Assembly: GCA_903891505.1 (NCBI GenBank)
Contig: CAITEO010000060.1
Span: 1-38,816, forward strand
From: an uncultured Candidatus Woesearchaeota archaeon
GTDB lineage: Archaea > Nanobdellota > Nanobdellia > Woesearchaeales > 21-14-0-10-32-9
Length of the DNA: 38,816 nt
Direction: 5' to 3'
The notes under the pieces were generated by a model. The model ran no database searches. It saw only the letters and a program-made list of their open reading frames with translations, and was not told the DNA's origin. Shown in pieces: positions 1-7,688 of the stretch (position 1 is its first letter; every line of letters begins with the position of its first letter). The translations under genes and the position numbers were made by a program.

Positions 1-382
1 CAGACGCATTATCAGCCTTACCTACAGCACTAGCATTAATAGTAACACTCGCATTAACATTACCATCATTCCTAACAGAAATATTACTCTGCGTAAAACT
101 AATACAAGCAGTACCTGTCTGCTCCAAAACATCAGACGTAACATTAGTAGTAACACCATTACCACTAGAAGGAGAGCAACTACCGAAATCAACAATATTA
201 CCATCAGTAGTAGTAATAGACACCGATTGTGAAACACTCAAATTAACAGTACCTGTCGCAGAAGAAACATAACCTGTAGTCTTTATTTCGTTCATTCTGT
301 TTAGACTTAGTATTGTTCCTCCTAAAGATATTACCATAACTGCTAGCAGAAGAACCGCTAATGATTTATTTGAAAACTCCAT
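1..382 (-). CDS. Secreted/surface protein, 3' end runs off the window
   Basis: Not in the ORF track. ATG at 382 behind GGAGG; reads MEFSNKSLAVLLLAVMVISLGGTILSLNRMNEIKTTGYVSSATGTVNLSV... open to base 1. N-terminal hydrophobic helix, Ser/Thr/Asn-rich body, several N-x-S/T sequons. Confidence 0.8.
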   Translation of the reverse strand, partial: MEFSNKSLAVLLLAVMVISLGGTILSLNRMNEIKTTGYVSSATGTVNLSVSQSVSITTTDGNIVDFGSCSPSSGNGVTTNVTSDVLEQTGTACISFTQSNISVRNDGNVNASVTINASAVGKADNAS

Positions 383-400
383 TTTTATTTCCTCCGTTAC

Positions 401-700
401 TTAAGATCTTGGATGTATGTTCAATGCAACATATCCCTGTGCAGAACTTTCCTTTGATGCCACTGCAGTACCTGGAGACACTACTGTTAAAGTTATTTTC
501 CCCTGTGTCGTTTGACTTCCTGCGCTGCTAACTTGTGTTGCACCTATTTGCGTTGTTCGTACATTGGCTCCGCTCGTCTCTCTAAGAACTGTAAAAGTTC
601 CTAAAAGAGAAACTACTACTGCCAGAATAACCAAAATCACAAGTGTCTGCCTAGAAACATCTCTCTTCTCAGGCTTTTGCTCCTCAATTACTTGATCCAT
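401..700 (-). CDS. Small membrane-anchored protein
   Basis: ATG at 700 behind GGAGGG; single TM segment (TLVILVILAVVVSLLG) then a Ser/Thr-rich region. Co-oriented with the gene at 1-382. Confidence 0.7.
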   Translation of the reverse strand: MDQVIEEQKPEKRDVSRQTLVILVILAVVVSLLGTFTVLRETSGANVRTTQIGATQVSSAGSQTTQGKITLTVVSPGTAVASKESSAQGYVALNIHPRS

Positions 701-1022
701 TCTACCACCCTCCAAAATTTAGTTAGTATAATACTACTAAGTCAAACTTAAATAAGTTAAACTAAACTCTTCATTCACAATATGCTATTTAAAGTTTTCT
801 ATTTTTACTCAACTCAGAAGTAGTTTAAAATAAAACTTCTTTGCTAAAGCACAATAAAAAGTGTTTCTGTTTCGCAAAATTAATTATGCGCTCAACTTAT
901 TACTTCTACGATAACAAAACAAACAATATTACTAAAAACATTGAAAACAATTTGTATTTGAACTTTCACTCCAAAGAGCATAAACATTATAAATGGCCAA
1001 AAAACCCTTATAGATGATACAT

Positions 1023-1137
1023 GAGCCTGTAGCTTAGCCTGGTGGAGCACACGACTGATATATTGACGCAAAGACAATTGATCGAAACGTCAGTTGCTGA
1101 GATCGTGAGGTCCGGAGTTCGAATCTCCGCAGGCTCA
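1023..1137 (+). tRNA. tRNA-Ile(GAU) with a 41-nt intron (1061-1101) at canonical position 37/38
   Basis: Acceptor stem GAGCCTG/CAGGCTC+A; D-arm; anticodon stem CACGA/TCGTG with CT-GAT-A; T-arm CGGAG-TTCGAAT-CTCCG. The intron has an internal TGACG/CGTCA helix. Confidence 0.93.
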
Positions 1138-1138
1138 T
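1121..1138 (+). repeat. attL, GAATCTCCGCAGGCTCAT (3' end of tRNA-Ile)
   Basis: Identical to 12735-12752. Confidence 0.88.
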
Positions 1139-1184
1139 CCATACCTTTAAGGTACAATTCGCTTAAATTTAAGAAATAAAATAT

Positions 1185-1508
1185 TTATATTAAATTTTTA
1201 TTAACACTTATGCTTTGTAGTATACGGGTAGTTTTAGTATAATATACTTCAATAACTTTACCCTCTAAATCTGAACTTTGTTTTGATTTAGTTTCTGATA
1301 ATAGAGACTTTATTTCTTTTTTATTATTTACTGATGCAAAATAGTATCCGCCGTTACGATCAGCACAAAATAATTTAAATGTCAGAGTTTTTCCAGATTC
1401 ATCAAATTTTGGTTCTTTTATTACTCCATAATCTTTTTTCACATTATCTAATTCTTCATCTGATAAGGTTCTTAAGTAATATTTTTTGTCCATTTTATTT
1501 TCCTCCAT
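1185..1508 (-). CDS. Hypothetical protein (107 aa)
   Basis: Clean ORF with a TATA-like TTTATATA at ~1542-1552 upstream. No recognisable motif; does not read like the all-helical Avd. Confidence 0.6.
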   Translation of the reverse strand: MEENKMDKKYYLRTLSDEELDNVKKDYGVIKEPKFDESGKTLTFKLFCADRNGGYYFASVNNKKEIKSLLSETKSKQSSDLEGKVIEVYYTKTTRILQSISVNKNLI

Positions 1509-1847
1509 TGATAAAATAATATAGATAGGAAAATGTATAATTTATATATAAATATTGCGGTTTTGTTGCTACTTTCAAGTAATACTTATGTTTTGTCTGT
1601 TTGTGTCGCCCACGTTCGCCACATGTTCGCGACTCTCTCGCTTGAAGTCCTGCGAAATCTTATTCGTCGAGACTCGGCTCAGTTCCAGATGTTTAACCTC
1701 TGGAGCTTTCCCTTTTCTCGGCAATTCCGCTCTAAAGATTCGTTTAGGGATTTATATATCTTGTCCCATTTGAGACGAGAAGTTGAGGTTTTTTAACATT
1801 CTGGCATCGAAAGAAAAATATCCCAGCACCTTTGTAACTTGACTATT

Positions 1848-1928
1848 CCGACAAACCGACCATTATTATTAAGATTATTGTTGCCATTCAGACCATTATA
1901 ATTGTTGTTGAGGAACAGCAAACGGCCC
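1848..1928 (-). ncRNA. DGR template repeat (TR)
   Basis: 81 bp colinear with 2161-2241 and 5073-5153; every mismatch falls on a TR adenine (minus strand). Non-coding location. Conceptual reading GRLLFLNNNYNGLNGNNNLNNNGRFVG has 11 AAY codons plus one TAT. Confidence 0.95.
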
Positions 1929-2109
1929 AAAGTTAGCACTTTCACCTATAGTTTGCACCACCACTTCATTGCTGTCGTGGTTGAATTTTATAGCAATTCC
2001 GCTAAGATTGCCTTAGTGAAAGGGCATGTAGTCCAGCTACTCCAAGTTCGCACAAGCTTTGCGGAAAGCTCCTGCTGTGCTGGGATGAAAAAGACAACAG
2101 AATAAGAAA

Positions 2110-2117
2110 TATATAAA
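2110..2117 (-). promoter_or_regulatory. Putative TATA box for the TR-containing RNA
   Basis: TTTATATA on the minus strand with a purine-rich run upstream, right after the target-1 stop, pointing at TR. Confidence 0.5.
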
Positions 2118-2126
2118 ATTATCTCT

Positions 2127-3065
2127 TTATTTTTTGGCGACGTGCGCCTCCGGCGCTACCCCGACAAACCGACCACTATAATTAAGACTATTGAGGCCAT
2201 TCAGACCATTAAAATTGCTGTTGAGGAACAGCAAACGGCCCTGAGACACAGATGGATCAACCTCGCTAAATCTATGATGATTTCCAACTGTTTCATTATC
2301 GCTTTTCTTGGCTTTTTCAAAATAAGAATCAAGATAGTTTAAAGTTCCAGCTCTTGCAAGAACTACTGGATTCTCTATGAATTCTTGTTTTGTGAAATAT
2401 CCTGACTTAGTTGCCTTTGCATCATCAAAATTCATGACGACAGCATATCTGTCAAATGGATTACTAATTCCTTTTTTCAAATCTTCAAGATTATAAATTT
2501 GAATAGTTTCTCCTGTTGGAAGAACTCCTTGCAATAATTTGTCAAACTCGCTATCAGTGTATGTTGCCGCATTTTGCGGGGTCAAGCCAGATTTATATGC
2601 TGTGCTAATTCTCTTTGGTGTCAAAATACCTCCACCATGCACTGTTACAAGAACAGGATCGCCTGCTTTTCTTGCGAAAATTCCTTTTTTATCTATTCCG
2701 ATATTTTCTTCAGTTAATGCTGTGAACCAATATTGCCACAAATAGTTTTCCTTTTCTGCTTGAGCTTTACCCGCGATAAGATAAGGCATTGACGCCACAA
2801 TACCATTTGCATCCGCGTATTTCAATGCTTTTTGGAATGCTATAGGTACGCCTACCCAGTTGCCATTCTTATCTTGTTTATCGCTGTAGAAATATTTACC
2901 ATTGTTAACAAGGTCATCTACGCTAAAACCATTCGAATTGAATGCGACAGCAGTATTACGAGGAATAATTGGTTGATGTTGTATTGGTGCTTGTTGCTGA
3001 GTCGAGTCTTTTTCAGGATTCCACTCCAAATGTTTTATTCTATCAGCAGGAATAATTTTTACCAT
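2127..3065 (-). CDS. DGR target (variable) protein 1, probable C-type-lectin-like fold
   Basis: C-terminal VR GRLLFLNSNFNGLNGLNSLNYSGRFVGV matches TR; paralog of 5039-5935. Fold is inferred from known DGR targets. Confidence 0.92.
   Translation of the reverse strand: MVKIIPADRIKHLEWNPEKDSTQQQAPIQHQPIIPRNTAVAFNSNGFSVDDLVNNGKYFYSDKQDKNGNWVGVPIAFQKALKYADANGIVASMPYLIAGKAQAEKENYLWQYWFTALTEENIGIDKKGIFARKAGDPVLVTVHGGGILTPKRISTAYKSGLTPQNAATYTDSEFDKLLQGVLPTGETIQIYNLEDLKKGISNPFDRYAVVMNFDDAKATKSGYFTKQEFIENPVVLARAGTLNYLDSYFEKAKKSDNETVGNHHRFSEVDPSVSQGRLLFLNSNFNGLNGLNSLNYSGRFVGVAPEAHVAKK
2144..2156 (-). promoter_or_regulatory. DGR cis hairpin downstream of VR1 (GCGCC-GGA-GGCGC)
   Basis: 5-bp GC stem with a GRA triloop 4 nt after VR1; absent next to TR; identical copy after VR2. 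Confidence 0.75.
2161..2241 (-). repeat. DGR variable repeat VR1
   Basis: 7 mismatches to TR, all at TR adenines (3 A>G, 3 A>T, 1 A>C). Confidence 0.95.
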
Positions 3066-5026
3066 CTTGACAATAACACCTCTATTCCATCCTGAAGCAT
3101 TTTATTTTTATCATAAACAGGAGTATAAAATATATTAGGATCATTCTTGACTGCTGTACCCAAAGCATATTCGCCTCCGATTTCAAACATCAAAACTTTA
3201 TTGTTAGGATCTTTAGCTAATTTTTTCATTTTCTTAGCTTCTCTTTCAGTTCTTCCCTCAAGAACAAGATTTCCATCTGTAACAACAACATAACTTCTCT
3301 TAAGACCATCGTTAAAATCCTGAATGCATATATCCTCATGACCATATCCGTTCTCTGGCTTAAACAAAGTAGTAAGAGCTTTACCATTTCCTTTTAGGAA
3401 ATCCTCGACAGATATAATCTCTGAGCTCTTCTGAGAATTTGCAAAATTATGAACTCTTAAACTGCACTTCTTATTCAACACTTTTCCACCCTGATAAAGC
3501 GCATCAATGTAACCATAAATAACATTGCTAAGCATATCCCAACTCGAACCATCATTAAAACCAAAGTTATTAGTTTCCCCATACATAGAACCTGAACTAT
3601 CAAGGTAAAATTCTACGATGTCAGGAACATCCATTGTTTCATCTACAAACTTTATATCCTTAATTTCCTTCGTTCTGATTTCATATTCATTCAATCTATA
3701 CTGATGATTTTCTAAAGGAATAAGTACAGGCAAACCAGTTTTTTGTTGGAATCTTGCTACATGTCTAAGATTGATTTTTGATAAATTATCTTCTGTTATA
3801 ACTTCACTTTTTTTCAAATGCCAATATTCTTTATTATCAACAACAACAGATTCGCCAGTTTTGCTTCCGCCAATAATCTTTATGTTTGGATGATTTCTTT
3901 TGTAAAATTCATGAATGGAAAAAACATCAAGTGTATTGTATTCTTCATTTGACTTTGTCCCACTAGAAATACTGCCTGGTTTTCCCATACCCATCTGTGC
4001 CAAGTTCTTATCAGTAGAAAGACTATTTATGAATGCAGATTGTTCGCTTGGGGTCATGTCGTCCAATAAATCCTGTAGAATATTCTGAGGTGAAGTTCCG
4101 CTTCCATCTCCTTGTTGATCAGGTCTTCCCTGAGGCATGTCCTTTTGAACATACGGCCCTAGAACACTCATCAATCTCTCAATGCCCTTGTATCGTCCAT
4201 CGCTCGAGAAAACCTTTCTTATTTCAGATGAATACTCTTGCAACGTATCTAATTCTTTTAATGCACCAGACTTTTTTCCTTTCTTAACTATTTTTGTTGC
4301 TTTTCCAAGCAAAGACAAATCTTCTTTAGGTAAGGGCGTTGTTTTCTGGACAAGCGAACCTAGCGCTTTCTCAGCAACGTTTGCACCATCTTTGCCTGCT
4401 TTCTCCTGAAAAAATGAATAAGTACTTTGAGGACCATAAAGAACGCCATACAAGAATCTTGTTATTGTGTAAAAATTAGTTTTATCGTCAGAGTCCTGTA
4501 ATTCTAGCAAATCCCAAACCGGAATTATATCCTCTTGCACATATTTTCCTTTTTTATTATCTAAATAAAAGCGATTATCTAAAATGAAATCTTTAACTCC
4601 ATTCTGTGATGCATGAACCTTAACTAATTGATCAAGAGGAGTGAGCGCTGGCTCTGCACGTAGCACTCCTTTTCTTATTGCCTGATGGATAAGCTTATTA
4701 TCACTATGATCTCCGTCCACGCTAAAAGGTGCTTCTAGAGGATGATATAATTCATGATTAAGTAAATATTTTAATGTTGCTCTAGCCAAATCATCAGGAG
4801 AGCCCTTCCAATATTTAGTTACAACAGTCTCAAATTTTTTCTTTAAAGAATCATCGTTATTAATTAATGAAAATATTTTGTTTAAATCAGTATAGAACTC
4901 CCAGTCACGATTATTGAGTTTACCTGTTTTTACAACAGGCGTGTCGCTATGTAAAGGAAAGTCTCTACGAACATCTTCTCTCCACTCGTGTTCTGCTTCA
5001 TCCAATAAAACGTGCATGCTTTTCAT
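3059..5026 (-). CDS. vWA-domain protein with N-terminal HExxH metallopeptidase-like motif (MoxR partner)
   Basis: LNHELYHP near the N-terminus; MIDAS FYLDSSGSM and VVVTDG near the C-terminus. Stop overlaps the start of target 1. Confidence 0.82.
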   Translation of the reverse strand: MKSMHVLLDEAEHEWREDVRRDFPLHSDTPVVKTGKLNNRDWEFYTDLNKIFSLINNDDSLKKKFETVVTKYWKGSPDDLARATLKYLLNHELYHPLEAPFSVDGDHSDNKLIHQAIRKGVLRAEPALTPLDQLVKVHASQNGVKDFILDNRFYLDNKKGKYVQEDIIPVWDLLELQDSDDKTNFYTITRFLYGVLYGPQSTYSFFQEKAGKDGANVAEKALGSLVQKTTPLPKEDLSLLGKATKIVKKGKKSGALKELDTLQEYSSEIRKVFSSDGRYKGIERLMSVLGPYVQKDMPQGRPDQQGDGSGTSPQNILQDLLDDMTPSEQSAFINSLSTDKNLAQMGMGKPGSISSGTKSNEEYNTLDVFSIHEFYKRNHPNIKIIGGSKTGESVVVDNKEYWHLKKSEVITEDNLSKINLRHVARFQQKTGLPVLIPLENHQYRLNEYEIRTKEIKDIKFVDETMDVPDIVEFYLDSSGSMYGETNNFGFNDGSSWDMLSNVIYGYIDALYQGGKVLNKKCSLRVHNFANSQKSSEIISVEDFLKGNGKALTTLFKPENGYGHEDICIQDFNDGLKRSYVVVTDGNLVLEGRTEREAKKMKKLAKDPNNKVLMFEIGGEYALGTAVKNDPNIFYTPVYDKNKMLQDGIEVLLSRW

Positions 5027-5038
5027 AAATACACCTTA

Positions 5039-5935
5039 TTATTTTTTGGCGACGTGCGCCTCCGGCGCTACCCCGACAAACCGACCATCACTACTAAGAT
5101 TACCGCTGCCATCCAGACCACTACAATTGCCGTTGAGGAACAGCAAACGGCCCTGAGACACAGATGCATCTCTGCCACTAAAAGGATGCCAATTGCCGAG
5201 CGTAGAATCATCAGATTTCTTTGCTAAATCAAAATACGAAGCAAGATTCTCAAGTCCTCCTGCTCTCGCAATAACCAAATCATTATTCAAAAACTCATCC
5301 CGTGTATGATAACCTGACTTCAAAGATTGCATCTTAGTATAATCATTAACAACACCATATCGTCTAGGAAGATTGCTTATTCCTTTCTTGAAATCATCAA
5401 TAAAATATAGCGGAATCTCCTCACCATAGACACTTCCCTTAAGCAAATCTGAAAACTCAAGAGGAACATACTTAGCGCTTCCATTAACGAGGCCTTCTTC
5501 ATACGCCATCCTAATTCTCTGAGGAGTAAGTAAACCTCGCCCGTGCAAAGTTATCAGAACAGCGCCTCCTGGCTTCACATATTTTCCATTAGTATCGATA
5601 CCGATATTTTCCTCTGTCTGGACAGAATACCATTTTTGCCAGAAATCATGAGTTTTATCAGCTTTTATTTTGGTAGCAATAAGTTCAGGCATTGTCGCAA
5701 CAATGCCATCTGTACCTGCATAATCGAGTGCCTGTTGTAACGCATCAGGTAATTTAGCGTCATAAAATATTTGTCCAGTCAAAATAGCCTCAACATCTGC
5801 AGGAAAAATAACATTCGAAGTAGGACTAAAAGATACTGCACTCTGCGTTGCACTTGAAGTACTAGGGAGAACAGACCCTCTATCTGGATTCCACTCAAGG
5901 TGTCTTATTTTATCAGGAGGAATAATTTTTACCAA
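5039..5935 (-). CDS. DGR target (variable) protein 2
   Basis: C-terminal VR GRLLFLNGNCSGLDGSGNLSSDGRFVGV. Start is probably TTG at 5935 behind GAGGTGA (gives MVKIIP as in target 1); the track uses GTG 5947. Confidence 0.92.
   Translation of the reverse strand: MVKIIPPDKIRHLEWNPDRGSVLPSTSSATQSAVSFSPTSNVIFPADVEAILTGQIFYDAKLPDALQQALDYAGTDGIVATMPELIATKIKADKTHDFWQKWYSVQTEENIGIDTNGKYVKPGGAVLITLHGRGLLTPQRIRMAYEEGLVNGSAKYVPLEFSDLLKGSVYGEEIPLYFIDDFKKGISNLPRRYGVVNDYTKMQSLKSGYHTRDEFLNNDLVIARAGGLENLASYFDLAKKSDDSTLGNWHPFSGRDASVSQGRLLFLNGNCSGLDGSGNLSSDGRFVGVAPEAHVAKK
5056..5068 (-). promoter_or_regulatory. DGR cis hairpin downstream of VR2
   Basis: Identical to 2144-2156. Confidence 0.75.
5073..5153 (-). 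repeat. DGR variable repeat VR2
   Basis: 11 mismatches to TR, all at TR adenines and all A>G. Confidence 0.95.
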
Positions 5936-5943
5936 TTTATCCT

Positions 5944-7512
5944 TCACCTCAAAATAGATTCTAATCTATGTTCATAAATGCTACTCTGGCCTTTCTTTTC
6001 ATTATAAAGATCTACAAATGCTTGAAAGCTTCCTTCACCCTGTTTTAGAATCTTCGTTATGTCTGCTTCGAAAGTTTTGCTGAAATGATCTAGCACAACA
6101 AGATCAGCAACAAGACGACTTTTCAATGTACCTTCAGCAGGAGTTGTTGTCTGCGTATTCAATGCATTTATGCTATTTGCTATTGTATTTACGTAACCTG
6201 TGAATCCTTGCTCCTGACCAGCATATACTGCTGCCTGCCAAGTTGCTTGTCTAAAACCATACTCCTCTGGAATATTGTGTGCTTTATGTAAGTCAGTGTA
6301 TGCTTTTCTTGCATCATTAACAAGATTAATTAATTTACCATATTCAGAACCTGTTATGATTTTGCTTTCAAGAACAACACCCATACTTACAGCGACATCA
6401 TTAAGATTAACACTCGGTTCATACGAGCCATTCTTTATGCTCTTAATAAATCCGATAAGTCTTGCGAGATTGCCTATTTTTCCAAGATCTCGACGAACAA
6501 AACCATGCTTCAGCAGATTCTGAGCTTCAATTACTTTATTGTAATTGTTGTCTTTTCTTACACCAAAACGAGCAGTTATTCCGCCTTGTTTAATTAACTC
6601 CGCATTATGTTCAAAAGTCTCAATTGGAGCATGACCGACATAGCCAAGAGCTACATCAATAAATTCTCTGGTTTCTCCGTTTAATTCTACTTGCAGAGAT
6701 TCAGAATCAGTAACAACAGGATAAAACTCTCGCCATCCACCAGTTGTGCCTGCTTTTTTATTGAATGAACTCCAAAATCGGTCATAAAGACCATCTTTAA
6801 CTATTTTATCGAGCTGACTTGATGCAGCTTCATCTACTCCATTTGGAAATCTGAATTTTAAGAATCTATTCTCTCCTGCAATATCAAGTTCTGTTGCAGA
6901 TTTATGCTCTGCATCAGGCGGATTCATTGCGGCAATAACCATCAAATTTTTGTATCTCTGTGGACTCGTACTCAGGATAGGAACTCTCAGGAATCCTTTA
7001 TCTCCATTTATGTGAATTTCGCCATCCACAACTTGTAATACTTCCTGACTATCTCCTCTATTAATTTCATCTATAAACAATGCACCGTATTTAGCGCATT
7101 TCTCATGATCTATTCTTGTCTTTGGAACGCCATTCTCCATTACTGTTTTTGAAAAAGGTTCAAGTGCAGAGTTTCCCATAATTCCTGTGCTAAGTCTTAA
7201 TGTGGTGTATCCATCATTGCCAAATACTGAACTGAATAGTGCATCGCTTGTGTATGTTTTTCCTACTCCTGTGACTCCTTCATAAAGAATGTGAAAATCG
7301 TCGAAAAACAGTGATGCTGCATCAATATCTAGAACTGTAATCTCCGTTGTGTTTGGACGAGGAAGTTCTCCTTTTCCATTGAGGAATTTTACATTTATTT
7401 TATCGCTTTCCTCTATTTCCATATAGGGCGTTGGAGATATTGCTCCGCTAAGTGTTTGATATATTGATTCTATGAAATACTTTCTGAGTTCTTTTTGATT
7501 AGTAGTTTTCAT
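5944..7512 (-). CDS. MoxR-like AAA+ ATPase
   Basis: Walker A GVTGVGKT, Walker B LFIDEINR, sensor IAAMNP, LDIAGENRF; long helical C-terminus. Start is likely ATG 7512 (or 7518) behind GAGG; the ORF is open to 7554. Confidence 0.85.
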   Translation of the reverse strand: MKTTNQKELRKYFIESIYQTLSGAISPTPYMEIEESDKINVKFLNGKGELPRPNTTEITVLDIDAASLFFDDFHILYEGVTGVGKTYTSDALFSSVFGNDGYTTLRLSTGIMGNSALEPFSKTVMENGVPKTRIDHEKCAKYGALFIDEINRGDSQEVLQVVDGEIHINGDKGFLRVPILSTSPQRYKNLMVIAAMNPPDAEHKSATELDIAGENRFLKFRFPNGVDEAASSQLDKIVKDGLYDRFWSSFNKKAGTTGGWREFYPVVTDSESLQVELNGETREFIDVALGYVGHAPIETFEHNAELIKQGGITARFGVRKDNNYNKVIEAQNLLKHGFVRRDLGKIGNLARLIGFIKSIKNGSYEPSVNLNDVAVSMGVVLESKIITGSEYGKLINLVNDARKAYTDLHKAHNIPEEYGFRQATWQAAVYAGQEQGFTGYVNTIANSINALNTQTTTPAEGTLKSRLVADLVVLDHFSKTFEADITKILKQGEGSFQAFVDLYNEKKGQSSIYEHRLESILR

Positions 7513-7592
7513 TTTCATCCTCTCTTTTTCTAATGATGTACAAGAGCACATCACTCTATTTTTATCTCTTATCCAGTAGTGAGGAGTTCTAC

Positions 7593-7663
7593 TATTTAAA
7601 TCTTTCGTTATTTAACCACTTCTTAGTAACGAAATTGCTGTTTGGTGATGAAATATTAATTAA
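7593..7663. promoter_or_regulatory. Divergent promoter pair for the AAA operon and the RT
   Basis: Minus strand CGAAAGA-TTTAAATA (7593-7600); plus strand TTAATTAA (7656-7663) ~25 nt before the RT ATG, consistent with a leaderless mRNA. Confidence 0.5.
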
Positions 7664-7688
7664 ACAGTAGGACAAAATCTCTTCAACC

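Noticed and set aside
22-237. 71-aa Leu/Val-rich ORF in the track
   Set aside because: Alternative frame of the real gene starting at 382.
1185-1508. 107-aa ORF as the DGR accessory Avd
   Set aside because: Right size and near TR, but the sequence reads as mixed alpha/beta rather than a four-helix bundle. Not fully excluded without a profile search.
1533-2105. Plus-strand ORFs of 87, 72 and 67 aa around TR
   Set aside because: No SD, atypical composition, antisense to the TR RNA.
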